Positions 48,801 to 62,118 of a stretch of 64,000 bases of DNA are shown piece after piece. Both the position numbers and the translations under genes were made by a program. Under the pieces are notes generated by a model that searched no databases, had not been told where the DNA came from, and was given only the letters and a program-made list of their open reading frames with translations. The stretch spans positions 3,917,628-3,981,627 of the forward strand of contig OZ037771.1 of NCBI GenBank assembly GCA_964035545.1. The letters run 5' to 3'. Within the stretch, counting starts at the first letter, position 1. Every line of letters begins with the position of its first letter. This DNA comes from Bugula neritina. Lineage: Eukaryota > Animalia > Bryozoa.

Positions 48801-51052
48801 ACTGAATGGTATATCGTCCCGCTCCATCTACCCACGTAGTCTAGTGAGGAGCTATACCCTAAATAAACCATTGAATTGCACCCGCTAATAACTGAAGTTT
48901 AAAAACACTAATGATAGTTTAAACTTAACTAATTTTGTCGAAAATAAATTATTATAACTAGCATGTAGTATGAAGTAGAGCTTAGCAACTTTTACTGAAA
49001 AAAATTATATAAAAACCATATATAGTCCTAATTTATGACTTATAATTCATGGACACAATAAAACTTTTGCTTAGGAACAATCTATGGTATAGTGTATAGT
49101 GTACTATATTTAATAGGATGGTATAATATAGGATAATATAGTATATCAATATGATACACTATGATATAGTATACTATATATTATGTTATAGTATCCTATA
49201 ATATGTCGCAGTATACTATACTATAGTATTGGAAATAATACTATGCTATGGTATAGTATCATAATATATATAGTTTACTATAATATAATATACTATGGTT
49301 GATTATAATATTATTATAATCAACCATAGTATATTATATTATAGTAAACTATATTATATTATAATAAACTATATTATATTATAATAAACTATATTATATT
49401 ATAGTATAGCAACTTACTAATGAAAATTCACCAATTGGATGAAAACCATTATTGAACTGGAAGGAGTTGTCTGCTAACGTATCAGTTTGATTTCCCAACC
49501 CATCAGCTGTGTCTTCCTCCTCCATTTTAACAACTACCTCTTCCGCCATTTTATTTGTGACTAATAACAAAACACATAGTTAAGCTTCATTCAACTAACA
49601 CATATATATATTCTTTACATAGCAGAAAATGTACGCCATTCATAATAAAATAAACATCAGTCTGAAAACGATTGATTATAATTTTAAAACTTAACAGTTT
49701 ATGAGAAAGCAAATCTAGAATACTGTAAGGATTATTACATCAAACATGACAGAAATACTACTGCATTCATATTTTTGTAAGCCCAATGCAATAAATGTGT
49801 GGCTACTGCTAGAATGATTATAATACTACAAAATAACACATATATGTTACATGAATAAATCTAACAAATAAAAACAGGTGGAAACTAAAGATCTATGGAA
49901 TGCTTTTAGTTACGACGCTGGTTAACTAACCCTCAACTGTAGCAGTTACATCACTTTCCCTACTGGAGTCTATCAAGGACTGTGTGTGGTCTGAAAGTGT
50001 ATCTGGTGAATATACTGCAGACACTGGACTAGTTATTTCAACTGGCTCCATTTTATTTAAAGTTGAAGGTACAAGTTTATGACTTAATTTTGGAGGTTGG
50101 AGATACTTTTTATGAAAAATATCAGCTTTAAAAGGCACATTTTTCTTCCGCGGTTTACTTGTCGAGCTGGAAGATGTCTTTGTAGAAGTGGGAGGGGGAG
50201 TAGACTGTAATGAGGTCGGCAAGGAATTGTGGGAAGTTAAATGAGTTGCTGAAGGTGCGTGTGGAGACATGCTCGATGCTGGTTGGCTGAATCTGTGAAC
50301 AGTATCTTCCAGCAGCTAAATATCAAGATTAAACCAACTCATGATTTGAACACTAAACATAGGTTTGTCTATACAAGAGTTAAACAGAGCTTATTGTAAG
50401 TAAAACATTGAAAGTGAAGTTATTTATACATTATACTTTCAAAGCATTCAAGGCAGTGTTGAAAAATAGTTTTTCTCTCTTTTATATATTTGAAATTCCA
50501 GATATATTCAAAAAAATTAGAATGTTGTACTAAATAAAAAACAAGATATTGTCAGTCACATGACTAACTGTAATAAAATACTCATGTTAAGTTAAACACT
50601 CGTATCTGTGTGAGAACTAGAGGAGTTGAAGTACCTGGTGATTTGCTATGTGCTCGAACATAAGTGCTTTACTGGTTGATTTATAATCACAGCGATCACA
50701 CTCGAGTGTCCATTTAATGGTCTGTTTGTATCCTGACTGCTGCCATTCTGACAGCTCAAAGTAAACAGCATCCATCATTGAGTGCTTGGCGCTGACGTGC
50801 TCTTGGATTAAAGTCATCAAACACATACACTCAACACATGATGTGTTTTGGCTGGCACATCGAGTCTAAAATGTACAACTAAATCTTGCAAATTTAAACA
50901 ACTTTAAAATCAACAAAAAGTTAATCGTATAGAACCTAGTCTTTCTAGATATTGCAGAGTTCTACTAATAGTTTGTTTTTCAAATAAATACTTTTAGTTT
51001 ATTTCAATCAACTATATAAACAGATACTTACAATTGAAGGTGATATTTCCAT
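45810..51052 (-). CDS. C2H2 zinc-finger protein with a Brinker/pogo-type HTH DNA-binding domain
   Basis: Exons 51052-51032, 50865-50635 (CDRC..H...H finger), 50315-49931, 49560-49418, 48720-48432 (RRSYTVSEKL...VAKAFRIDRSLLQRWR), tentative 47063-46978, and 46595-45810 (six C2H2 fingers). The junction between 48432 and 46595 is uncertain. Confidence 0.75.
48728..48827. repeat. 19-bp inverted repeat (18/19 match), MITE-like or RNA hairpin
   Basis: atggaacgggacgatatac ... gtatatcgtcccgctccat. Confidence 0.8.
49268..49354. repeat. Perfect AT-rich palindrome, 43-bp arms with a 1-nt spacer
   Basis: atatagtttactataatataatatactatggttgattataata-t-tattataatcaaccatagtatattatattatagtaaactatat. Confidence 0.92.
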
Positions 51053-51857
51053 TGCGCCCTGAAATAAATAGAAAAGAAAATTGCAATCATGCCACCCATC
51101 ATCATTAATGCAAGTGCATAGAACTTTTTTTAGATTAGTAATGAGAGCTTAAAAACACTTGGTTTCCTCAACTACTATTTAAAAAAAAACCTTAAAGCTT
51201 CAAATTCAACCAAAAATTTCTTCAAATTCATGATTTACCATATAAAACCCAAATTAAAAAATGGCATGTTATAATCATAATATAAACAGGATAGTTTAAC
51301 TGTAAGACTAAATACAAGTATGAATTTGGTTACTCAATCTTATAGCTTATGCAAGAGGCACTCATAACATTTGACCCATTAGGGGTTACCAGAGTGTTCA
51401 CATGCTGAGATGAGTTAAACTTATTAAGCCCAAGTATAATATCAAGTTTAATTCAAAGGATTCAAGAGTACATATAGTTATACTCATATAGTACTAAATA
51501 TTAATATAGCTAATTCCAAAATCGCTAAAAATAAATATAACTATATTTTATAGGTTATAACTATTAGTATTAGTATTAGTATTACCATCACTATGAGATT
51601 GAGTATTGTTATTAAAAGTATTAAATGATCACATAGTTATACCCATACTGTGGCTATCACTATCACTATTTGCATCCATATTACAGTATCCAGTATCAGT
51701 GTATCTATTATCTATTATTACCATCATGATAATAAATCATAATCATAAGGATTATGATAATCATAATCACAACGATAATCATAATGTTATAACCTAATTA
51801 ATACTAATACAGTAATACTAATAGTTTAGCTTTACTATCATGTTAATGTTATTGCTT

Positions 51858-52824
51858 TACTTACTTATACTTATACTTCGACTTTAGCACACGCTAGATC
51901 ACCATAAGGCGCAAGAGGCGTGCCTCAGCAGATTGTTACAATACATTTGACATATAATTATGACTGTATTTGCATACATTATGCATTTTAAATTTGGTAA
52001 TTGTAGTACCTTTCAGGTTATCATTTATCAAGTATTTAGGGAGTTCCAATTCTTAGGTCTCTAATAGTGCGCGGTAGGAAGCTGTTATGATATGCTGTGC
52101 ACATGGCAGATATCGCAGTTGGTATTCCGTTAGAGGCAGCCCTCGTGGTAACCGTAGCGGTTGACTTGTCCCTTGTCAGTTCAGTGTAGCTGGAAGAAAA
52201 TGCCTGATGACATTCTTCTTTGGACAAGATCTTCAAAAGGAGGGTTATTCGTAGGCTTTTGCGACGATCTTCCAGTGATGATATGTTGAGTTGTTCTCTT
52301 GCATCACTGATGCTAGCCTCCCGGCCTTTGAGACAGCAGATGAATCTAATAGCTCGGTTCTGGACTAACTCAATTTCTTTCACAAGTTGCTTTGTTACAG
52401 GATCCCAAGTGGTTGCAGCGTATTCTAGTATAGGTCTGCAGAGAGTCATATATGCCAGCAGCTTTGCTTTCTTGGGAGCTCCATAGAGGGATGGCTTTAG
52501 CATGCCAAGAACCTTGTATGCTTTGTTTATTTTCTTAGTTATGTGGCTGTGAAACTTGAGGTTAGATTGTAGTGTAACTCCAAGGTAGGTAATCTCATCT
52601 ACGTAGGGCAATGTTTCTCCCCCTAGTCGATATGATGGTTGAATTTGGGGATCTTTGCCAAATGACATAATTCGGCATTTTGAGGAGTTGTACGGCATCT
52701 TCCACTTCAGAGACCAATTCTCAATCTGTTCAATATTCTTTTGGAATTTTCGGACATCATCTAGGGAGTCTACCTCTTGAAAAATCAGTGTGTCATCAGC
52801 AAATAAACTGATACTGCAACTTAG
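51858..52824 (-). mobile_element. 5'-truncated non-LTR retrotransposon (LINE, CR1/L2-group-like), RT C-terminal part and 3'UTR
   Basis: Open frame ~52824-52036 with ISLFADDTLIF, WSLKWKMPYNSSKC, YLGVTL, CRPILEYA..WDP, VQNRAIRF and NSFLPRTIRD. The 3'UTR ends in an (AAGTAT)n tail at ~51858-51878. Confidence 0.92.
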
Positions 52825-53329
52825 TAATTGTTACAATATAACACTAACAGCCTTATACTTATAGTTATAGTAATGGTAGTAGTTCAAATTCACTCAAATT
52901 GTAACGACTCTCAATTTGAAATTCAAGTTCAACTTTAAGATTATGCTATTTTAAAATACATGATGGTGACAATCACAACGTAGTAATCATTATTAATTTA
53001 TATTATTTAAAGTTAATTTTACATCAATTAGTGAATTACCACAATCAATATCATAATTATAATGACAATCAATATCATAATGATAATGATGATAATTAAT
53101 TATTATAATCATAATCATAATGATAATGATAATCAATATCATAATGGCAATTACTATCAGTATCATAATTGGTGTTACAAATATTAATCATAATATATTA
53201 ACAATTGTTTTTCACTTAGTTACAGACACCATAAACCCAGAGATGAATACATAGATCTAAACAAAAGTGATTACGACTTGAATTTTATCAATTAAAATTT
53301 TATTTTCATCTGCCTCTGGGATGTGATTA

Positions 53330-53607
53330 CCTTTGAGCAAATTTTAAGCCTCAGATCATTACGATTATGAGGGTTTTCAGTGACCCGACAAATCTACATT
53401 CTGATTGGACAACTCGGCAAGAACACTCATTTGATTAGTGGAAATTATGAAGTTTTTTTATATTTTAACCTTGGCCTTATAATATTGAACTTTAGTGGAA
53501 AAGGTGGAGCTTCCACGTCCGCTTTCATGATCATATTTCTCTTTCAGATTCTGGTTTAACTTAAACTTTTTACAGATTTTCACTAACCCAACACAAAGTT
53601 CCTGGCA
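53330..53607. promoter_or_regulatory. Probable head-to-head promoter, zinc-finger gene / USO1
   Basis: Minus-strand donor AAG|GTAATC at 53330 (a 5'UTR exon feeding the acceptor at 51059) lies ~280 bp from the USO1 ATG. CCAAT box (ctgattgg) at 53401. Confidence 0.5.
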
Positions 53608-56600
53608 ATGGACTACTTTAAAAAATATTTAGGTGGTGAGAATGGCTCGCAACCATCAGATGGTGCTGATACTGTAACAAAATTATGTGAAAGGGCACGT
53701 ACTTCAACATTGCTGGATGACCGACGAGGTGCTGTCAGAGCCCTTCGGTCTCTTGCCAAGGGTAAATTCAGGGTGCAAGTTGGTACCCAAGCAATGGAAA
53801 TTTTGACGTAAGCTGTAGTTCATATAATACGCTTTTTAATGTTTCATTTTTGTACTTTATATAAACTGTAAAATACAAGTACCACAAAATTGATGGGGTG
53901 AAACTGAAGGTCAAGGTGAAACAAGGTTAGAGTAAGAGTCAGAGTGAGTGGAACTGAACAGTGAGACTAAATATAAAATTTGATATGATTCATTTAGAGT
54001 CGATGTAAATATGATATTCATGTTGACTGTGGTGATTAGCGTGGTGTTCACTCCTATGATTATAATTATTAGTATGTCCCATAGGTCAGTGAGTGTGAGG
54101 CTGTGACTCGTACTAAAACTAAAAGTACATAGTGTAACACTAACCGTAAGTAAATGAGAATGTGCACTTAATTTAAAAAAATGAAAGAGAAATCAAATTT
54201 AAATCAATGTTAAAAAATATAAGATTTCAATTTTCACCTAGTTCCAACTATGCCTAAGTTTGATCATATAATGTGTCTATTCCAAGTTTTAAATTCTCAA
54301 ATAACTAGACTCCACAATTTCAAACTGGTGCCAAAAATCACGAAACTATGGCTATTTAAATTGGCATGATTAGCAATCACAATGATGTTTGATTTTTTAT
54401 TTAAAATGCTGATATTTCTTATCTCTTGTTTAGTGATATTTTGGAAAAGGATAAAAGTGATCTTGAAATCATAAGCTTTGCCTTAGGAGCTCTCACCAGT
54501 GTCATGTCTGAGGAAACAGAAGAAGATGAAATTGATATTCCTGCTGACATAGGTTTGATCTCTACGTACTTTTATCAAAATAGTATAAAAAACAAAAGGA
54601 ATCGTTGTGGCTGCCATTTATTTTTTTCACGCCTTCTCTTTTTTACTAGGTGCACAGTTTACGGAAATGTTTATTAAAACTGAAAGTAACATCTCTTTGC
54701 TATTGTCTCTGCTGGACGAGTATGACTTTAGTGTCCGGAGACCTGCAGTAAACCTCATCACAACTCTACTTACGTAAGAATAAGTTTTATAATCTTTCCT
54801 ATTCAGTTTGTAACAATAGTTTATATATGCAAACACATATACAGACTTTTTATTATTGCATGCATATTCTGATTTTCAAGTGGTTGTGTATTTATTTGCG
54901 TAACTGTACTTTGTTAGAAATAAAGCAAAAGCAGTGCAAGAGTTGATACTAGTTGCGCCACAAGGTGTTCCTAAACTCATGGACCTGTTGTGTGACAACA
55001 GGGAAGTCATCAGAAATGACGCGCTCCTCTTGTTGATAAAGCTGACTAAAGGCCACAATAACATTCAAAAGATTGTGGCGTTTGAGAATGCCTATGAAAG
55101 GTATATCCTATGTTGTTTTAAAATTTTACAATCTTAACTGAACTTTTGGTTGGCAGACTTAGCTAGCTGTACATAGTGGTAGTGAGATCTTCATAATTCG
55201 ATTTGGCTTTTGAAAAATGGGTGTATTTTTGTTACACTCGTATATTTAAAGTTTGTTATCATTGCAGCATATTTTAATTTTGTTTTATTATATCTGTATT
55301 TCTATGTCTGTACAGTTTATCCATAATTATTCACATGTTATCATTACTAACTTTCTGCTGCCATTCTAGAGTTTGTGTAGCAGGCTTAGTGTATTATAAA
55401 TATATGTGTAGGATATTGGAGATAGTGTACGGTGAAGGGCTAAGCGATGGCGGCATCGTAGTCGAGGATTGTCTACTCCTGTTACTCAATCTTCTCAAAG
55501 AAAACAAATCGAATCAGACTCTTTTTGTGGAGGGAAACTACGTGAGCAAGCTTACAGAGTTTTTCAAAGTTGAAACTTTGGCTGCAGATGACGGAGGCTG
55601 GCCAGCTCAAAAGGTATATTCTTCATATTGTTTCTCATTGTTCATTTCTTGGAAAATATTGATTTAAAACCAATTGCGGATGACTTTCATATGTCAGTAT
55701 CGCTGATAACTAAGAGAGGTTATACTATAGCAAACGTTTTTGTAGAATTGTTATCAGATGATTTCAATTTGTGTTGTTTCAACTATATAAAGAAAAAGTT
55801 TTCAAGATGTTGCATAGACTAGAAAATCTGTGGTGATTTCATGTATTTGTTCTATTCTGGTGCGTATTTAGGTTGCCAACATGCATTGCATGCTGCAAGC
55901 AGTGAGAGCACTTGTATCTCCAAGTATCTCGCAGAAAGAGAGAGCCGTCTGCCAGAAGAGAATGAACCAATCAGGTGTGCTGCAGCAACTGTGCACGATA
56001 TTAATGGCTACGGGTATTCCCGCAGACGTCCTTACAGAATGTATCAACACAGTTGCTGAAGTTATCCGAGGCTATCCCGATAATCAGGTGGGAGTCGTTT
56101 TATTATTTTATTATATCAAACGTTTGCCTCTTTACTAACTATAAATGTGTGTAAACTGATACTGCGACTGTGTTTTGGTTTTTGCTCCAAAGTGCTAAAA
56201 ACTCTTCTGTTGTACAAAAATATATTGGCTAAAGCATTTTGTGGTAGTTAGAGTCGTCACTTCTTTTTGGTAGATGAAGAACACAATTGATGTATTTGCT
56301 ATACAATCGTATAATTTAGTAACAAAATTACATTTGCTATAATCTGCATACTTAATAAGAGTTATCTGCTCTACTCAATGTTTACATAATTAATTTGTGC
56401 CAAGTTTATGTTGTGTGAATATTTTGTCAAGATCCTGATACCTTGTTTTAGAATTATTTCGCAAGTGTGATGGCCCCAAGTAACCCACCCCAACCGGCTA
56501 TAGTTGTACTACTTATGTCTATGGTAAACGACAAGCAGCCTTTTGTGCTTCGGTGCGCTGTGCTCTATTGCTTCGAGTGTTTCCTGTACAAGAATGATCT

Positions 56601-58754
56601 CGGCCAATCACAGATAATCGCAACTCTCTTGCCTACGAGTGCAGAAATCAACCAAATCACAGGTGAGACTTTGATCTATCCTGTACTGGTGGTTACCTAC
56701 TCATCTGTTGTTGCTGAGTCCGGACTTTCTCATCAAATGCCATGTTATGTGTTTAAAGGTACTAAAATAGTATATTTTTGTTTCTGGGTAACAGAATGCT
56801 ATATTGTCAGAGATCTTGTTGACGTTATCTAGATTTCATTTGGAATTGTCAAAATATTGTTGTAGTTATCTTCTATCCTTTCATTGGCTTTTCTTGATAG
56901 AATTTTTAAAAGTGACCTCAATACTAATTTATATGTGACCAATGCTGGCCATTTAGGTCCAGTAGTATTGTACTATTACAGTATTGTGATATCATAATGC
57001 TGGCTTTCATTGCGCTGCCGGTGTGCTTGCAGCTGGACAGCTGCTCTGCTCAGGACTGTTCAGCAGTGACGCCCTGTCCACGTGGTTTGCCTCTGTGGCT
57101 CTCCTGCACACGGTACTCGGTAAAATAGCCAATAAGGAGACACTGCTGCGCGTCCAGCTAGCCACCAGTGTTGGTACAGCTCCTATTACACTACTACAGC
57201 AATGCATGAACATCCTGTCACAGGTATACACTGTACACTGGCATATATAACTTTCTTTAATACTAACTTTCTTCAATACTCTATAGATATTAAATATTAA
57301 GGTTTGTGTTATCTTGAGTCAATTTAATAGGTTGAAGTTTAGCTGGTTGGCATAAGTTATGTATTGTGTATGTTGGCCTATTCAGTTTTATAGTTTGAAT
57401 TTTAATTCTCTTTTTTAAATTATTCAACTATTCTATGTGTGCATGTGTGTATATAATATATGTACATCTATAATATATGCATATGTATACATATATAATA
57501 TATGTATAATATAAGTATATATAATAGGAGAATATATGATATAATACAATATGATGACACTTCATTACAGGGCTCCCCTCACCTACAGACCAAGCTGGGT
57601 CTACTCATGTTCCTCATCACCTGGCTATCCAACAGTCCAACAGTAGCCTCTGCTTTCCTAAGTAATCCCTCCAACATATCATACCTGACCTCCCAGGTCA
57701 GCTCCCACGACAGCGACGAGTGTGAACTCATTGTCCAAGGTGCTCCATACACTTCTTTCTCCTTCTCTTGTCTCTATTCTGTTCTGTTCTGCTGTTATCC
57801 TCCATGTTTTATTTTTATTGCTATTTATGTCTCAACATCTAGCACTTGATGTTGACTCGAGTGTTTGCAGTGCTGGTTTGGTGTTAGTCTATTTATTTCA
57901 GGAAACTCACATTATTTTATATCGAGCTACTGAAATTTCAACAGCTTGATTTTTAAATAAAAGCGAGTGGAGAAAATTGTTGGTTTCGAAGATACGTCTG
58001 GCAGAGATATTGATATCAAGTTTAGATATATGCGGAATAACTTTATGTTTTACAGGCCTGGAATTTTTTCACCACTGGAAGGACTCCATTTATAACTTTA
58101 CTGCTATGTGTGTATTACACTGTTGAACATGTGTACTCATGAAATGTTGGCGTATGTTTTAGGACTATGTGCATTTCTACTCGGACTATGTGTGGAATAT
58201 AATAAGGATGACAACGAGAAATTCGATAAGCAAAGCCTACGAGCCATTATAGACAAGCGAATTGGTAACGTCTTCTTATTATATGATCTATGTATATGTG
58301 TTATATATGTATGTTGATAACATTCTTGGATTATATGTATGTTATATGCATTTGTTATATCTCTATGCTATATGTATTTGTCATACACATACACATGTCT
58401 ATAACGAAATTCTATTACTACCAGTTTGAGTTTTGTACTTTCAGATTTAGGTTTATTATCCATTTTCATGTTAAGTCAGGTTAGAATATTATGTTATGTC
58501 TACTTACTATACTAACTGAGTGTTACATGGCAACAGGTTTTGAGGTGTTTGCTGACAGACTGAGTCAGGTGTCCAAGTCTGAGTCCTACGCCCTCGCTGC
58601 AAAGAAGCCGTATATATTTGCCAAGCAAGCAGACCAGGTGCTGTTTGATCATGAGTTTACCAAACTATACAAGTCACTGGAAGTACAACTCCTCAATTCT
58701 ATCACCAAGGGTGACGAAGGTATGTGAATACTACTACTACTGCTACTGCTACTG

Positions 58755-58812
<58 letters not shown>

Positions 58813-61800
58813 CACCACCACCACCACCACCACTACTATTTTTACTACTACTACTACTACTATTTTTACTACTACTACTACTATTTTTACTACTACTACT
58901 ACTACTACTACCACTACCACCACCACCACCACTACTATTTTTACTACTATTACTACTATTTTTACTACTACTACTACTACTACTACTACCACTACCACCA
59001 CCACCACCACCACCACTACTATTTTTACTACTACTACTACTATTTTTACTACTACTACTACTACTACTACTACCACTACCACTACCACCACCACCACCAC
59101 CACTACTATTTTTACTACTACTACTACTATTTTTACTACTACTACTACTACTACTACTACTATTTTTACTATTACTACTACTACACTAATGTTGAGTTTG
59201 TTGAGTTACTTTATTCAATTTTATACTTATTTATTTTTAATGTGAGAAATTTAAAACTACTTGTGAAGTGTCTGTTTCATCTATTTCAACCAAAACATGT
59301 TGAGGGTTTGGGGTTCTTATTTTCAAATGTTTTTGTATTTGAAATTAGCTAATGCGTACTTCATAAAGTTATGCAACATGTTTTACACTCAAATAAAGTA
59401 AAAACAGTCACATCTACTAAACTATTTCCTTTATCTCTACATCATGTCATTTCATAAATAGTATATATTTTATTACATCTCTATGTAGAATACGGGTTAA
59501 TATTTCTTAATTATAAGTCGTATGTTCAGTAGATTTCTACTATGGCAGAGGTATGAAATAATACCTGCTCTATTCAAAATAGAGTGATTGTTTTTTGAGT
59601 GATTTGCTTTTCAGAATTAAAATTTATATTTAAACATAAACCCTTGCTCTGCTTTCCCATAAATTCATCCACTATCCCTTCAGGCTGGTGACTCTACCCA
59701 TAATTTTTGATTGTCTAGTTAAGTCTGATTGTAAGACAGTAGTATCTCTTTCTTACTAGCTGACTTTGGTTAGCAGATTTTTAAACATCTGATTTAAGCA
59801 TTTGACGACATTTTTCATTGGGAAATATCTGCCATGATTTGAGTTTATGAAAGTCAAAGAACTTCCCTGTTGCCTGAATTGACTGAATTCCACATTTCTA
59901 TATGTCTTAACGCATAAGAACTTTACTGAATAGCCCTATAGTTAAATGACTCTATTAGATTAGATGGTTATCTAGTTTATACGTAGTTAAACTTCAATTC
60001 TTCACTTGCTCCATTGTGCTGGACACTAAAGAGTATTTCAGTGCATAGTTTCTTATTAAAGTATAACATGCGATGAAATGTTGAAGCTGAAACATGCCTT
60101 CTATTCTTGTTTAATGGCAGTATTCTATGCTATTAACTTTACTCTGCATCTAAATTCAATGTGGTGTCGGGATAAAAAAGTCAACCTTTAGATTACTTGT
60201 TAAACTAGACTACTGTTTGCTAGATAGCCCAGTTCACCACTATGTCTACCGTCACCTTAATATATGTATGTTGATCTACAACTATAATATAGGTGTGTGG
60301 GTGTGTTTTAGATAAAGAACGAGTCGCCAATCACGACAGCATTGTCACTCAGTTCAAAGAGCTCATACGAGTTCAGGATGTCGAACTCGCTGAACTCCGA
60401 ACTAAACTCACTGGTTATGACGTCATGAGCTCGGAGTTTGAGCAGTTGAAACAGCAGGTGCGGTTTTCTCACTGAGCTATGTTGTATATATAACGTGTGA
60501 TATATTATAGCTTCTCTGTGTTGGGAATACTCTGTCATGCAATGTTAGCTCAGTTCTTATAGAGTGTCTGTTAATTGTACTTTCTCCTATCCTTGTTGCT
60601 GTCTTTTACCATTATTATACAATTGCAATATTCACCGTACTTTGTTGCAAAAATTGACTGGTGTTGTTTCTATAATACTCTGAAACTCGTGAGAAAAAGT
60701 TTTAGACATGCTGTTAAAATATGAGTACGTAAAAGTTATACGAGAAACTTGCTATTGCTAAGTCAGTCATAGTTGAAGCATAACTGAACCAATTGAAGTT
60801 GTAGTTGAACTTATTGTTGTGCTCAATGAAGTGGAATTACTGCAAGTAATAGATTCTTTTTGATGCTCATGCAAGGAGCATCCTAAGAGAATTTGAAGTA
60901 TTTTAGGATTTGTGACGCTTGCTTATCTTAACTGATTCATCTCCCCCAAGAGTTCATTCTAAAAGTACAAGTCAATGATTGTGTCTTTTATAAAGTATGA
61001 TGGAAATTTTGTTTACATAAATTCCTTTATAACTGAAAATGTGTTACAATTTAATCCCTCTTTTACAAAAAAGAATAGAATATTTGTTGACATCTGCATT
61101 TATATTTGTTGTTTGATCTTAGATTCAGGATTTGAAGGATCAAAATTCGTTACTGAAAACACAGAAATCAGGTCAAGTGAACGGGTTTGATCAACCAATC
61201 AAAGACGCTGTATCTAGTGAGCCCAGCCAATCACTCGCTGAAATACAAAATCTACAATCACAGCTTGACCAGAAAAATGTCTTGATATCAGATTTAAATT
61301 CCCAAGTAAGTTCTTACATTATTTTGCTTGTTTTCATTATATTGTCATATATTTAGTAATATTACTTTTATTCCACATTATTATAAGTGAAAGTGTTTTT
61401 ATCACTCACTGATTTATTCATTCTAATTCTATGCATATGTATCTGTATTCACTTGTTTATAGAGATTCATAGCAGCTAAATTATCCTTCAGTGTGAGTGC
61501 TTTTGTAAAAATTATCTTGGGTTTGAAAAACATTTTTATAAATTTGTTTCTTATAATTTAACATAGCTCCAAATCGGGACCTGCTTTCAATATTTTGTTT
61601 TAAGAAACTTTATTTTGTTGCGGTTAAGCAAGCAGAGTCATGTTTCTTTCCATGTTTATTGACCTTACATTGACCTTTAGTTAGTTGCGTCTGCATTTTA
61701 GATTGAGCAACTGAAGGTGTCTGAGCAAACGTCGCCCACTCCGTCTTCCAGTGAAAGTTTACTTGAACTAAGAAATCAACTAAAGGCTGAACACGACTCA

Positions 61801-62118
61801 ATAGTCAACAGTTTAGCTGCCGAGAAAAGTAAGCTTGAAGCCGACTTGGCATCAGCCAATGGCCGACTTTCGGACACACAAATAGAAAACAAGAGGCTAA
61901 AGACTGAACTAGATAGTTTAAAGGCGGAATTACAGGCGGCTAAGGCCACAGTCTCTCAGCTAGAACAATCCATAGCAGACAAGGAATCGGAGGGAGAAGA
62001 CTTGCTTCTTCTACTCGAAACCAACTCCGAGAAAATATCCTCGATGAAGTCTAGACTGAGAGAGTTGGGAGAGCAAGTGTCCGAGTCGGAAGACGAAGGA
62101 GATGAAGAGGAACCCTAG
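53608..62118 (+). CDS. USO1: General vesicular transport factor p115
   Basis: 14 phase-consistent exons: 53608-53807, 54434-54552, 54650-54773, 54918-55100, 55412-55613, 55872-56087, 56452-56662, 57033-57223, 57571-57739, 58163-58264, 58537-58719, 60312-60457, 61123-61305, 61702-62118. Motifs STLLDDRRGAVRAL, REVIRNDALLLL, IQKIVAFENAYE and LLMSMVNDKQPFVLRCAVLYCF, then coiled coil and acidic tail. Confidence 0.97.
58729..59185. repeat. Compound trinucleotide repeat (TAC)n/(CAC)n with recurrent TATTTT interruptions, USO1 intron 11
   Basis: Seen directly; begins about 10 nt after the donor at 58720. Confidence 0.97.

Noticed and set aside
58618-59352. Poly-Tyr/His, poly-Thr and poly-Val ORFs
   Set aside because: Translations of an intronic trinucleotide repeat in USO1, not in the USO1 frame.
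59520-59600. Intronic snoRNA or miRNA (short local hairpins)
   Set aside because: Stems are short and no convincing C/D or H/ACA box arrangement is visible; an Infernal/Rfam scan would be needed.
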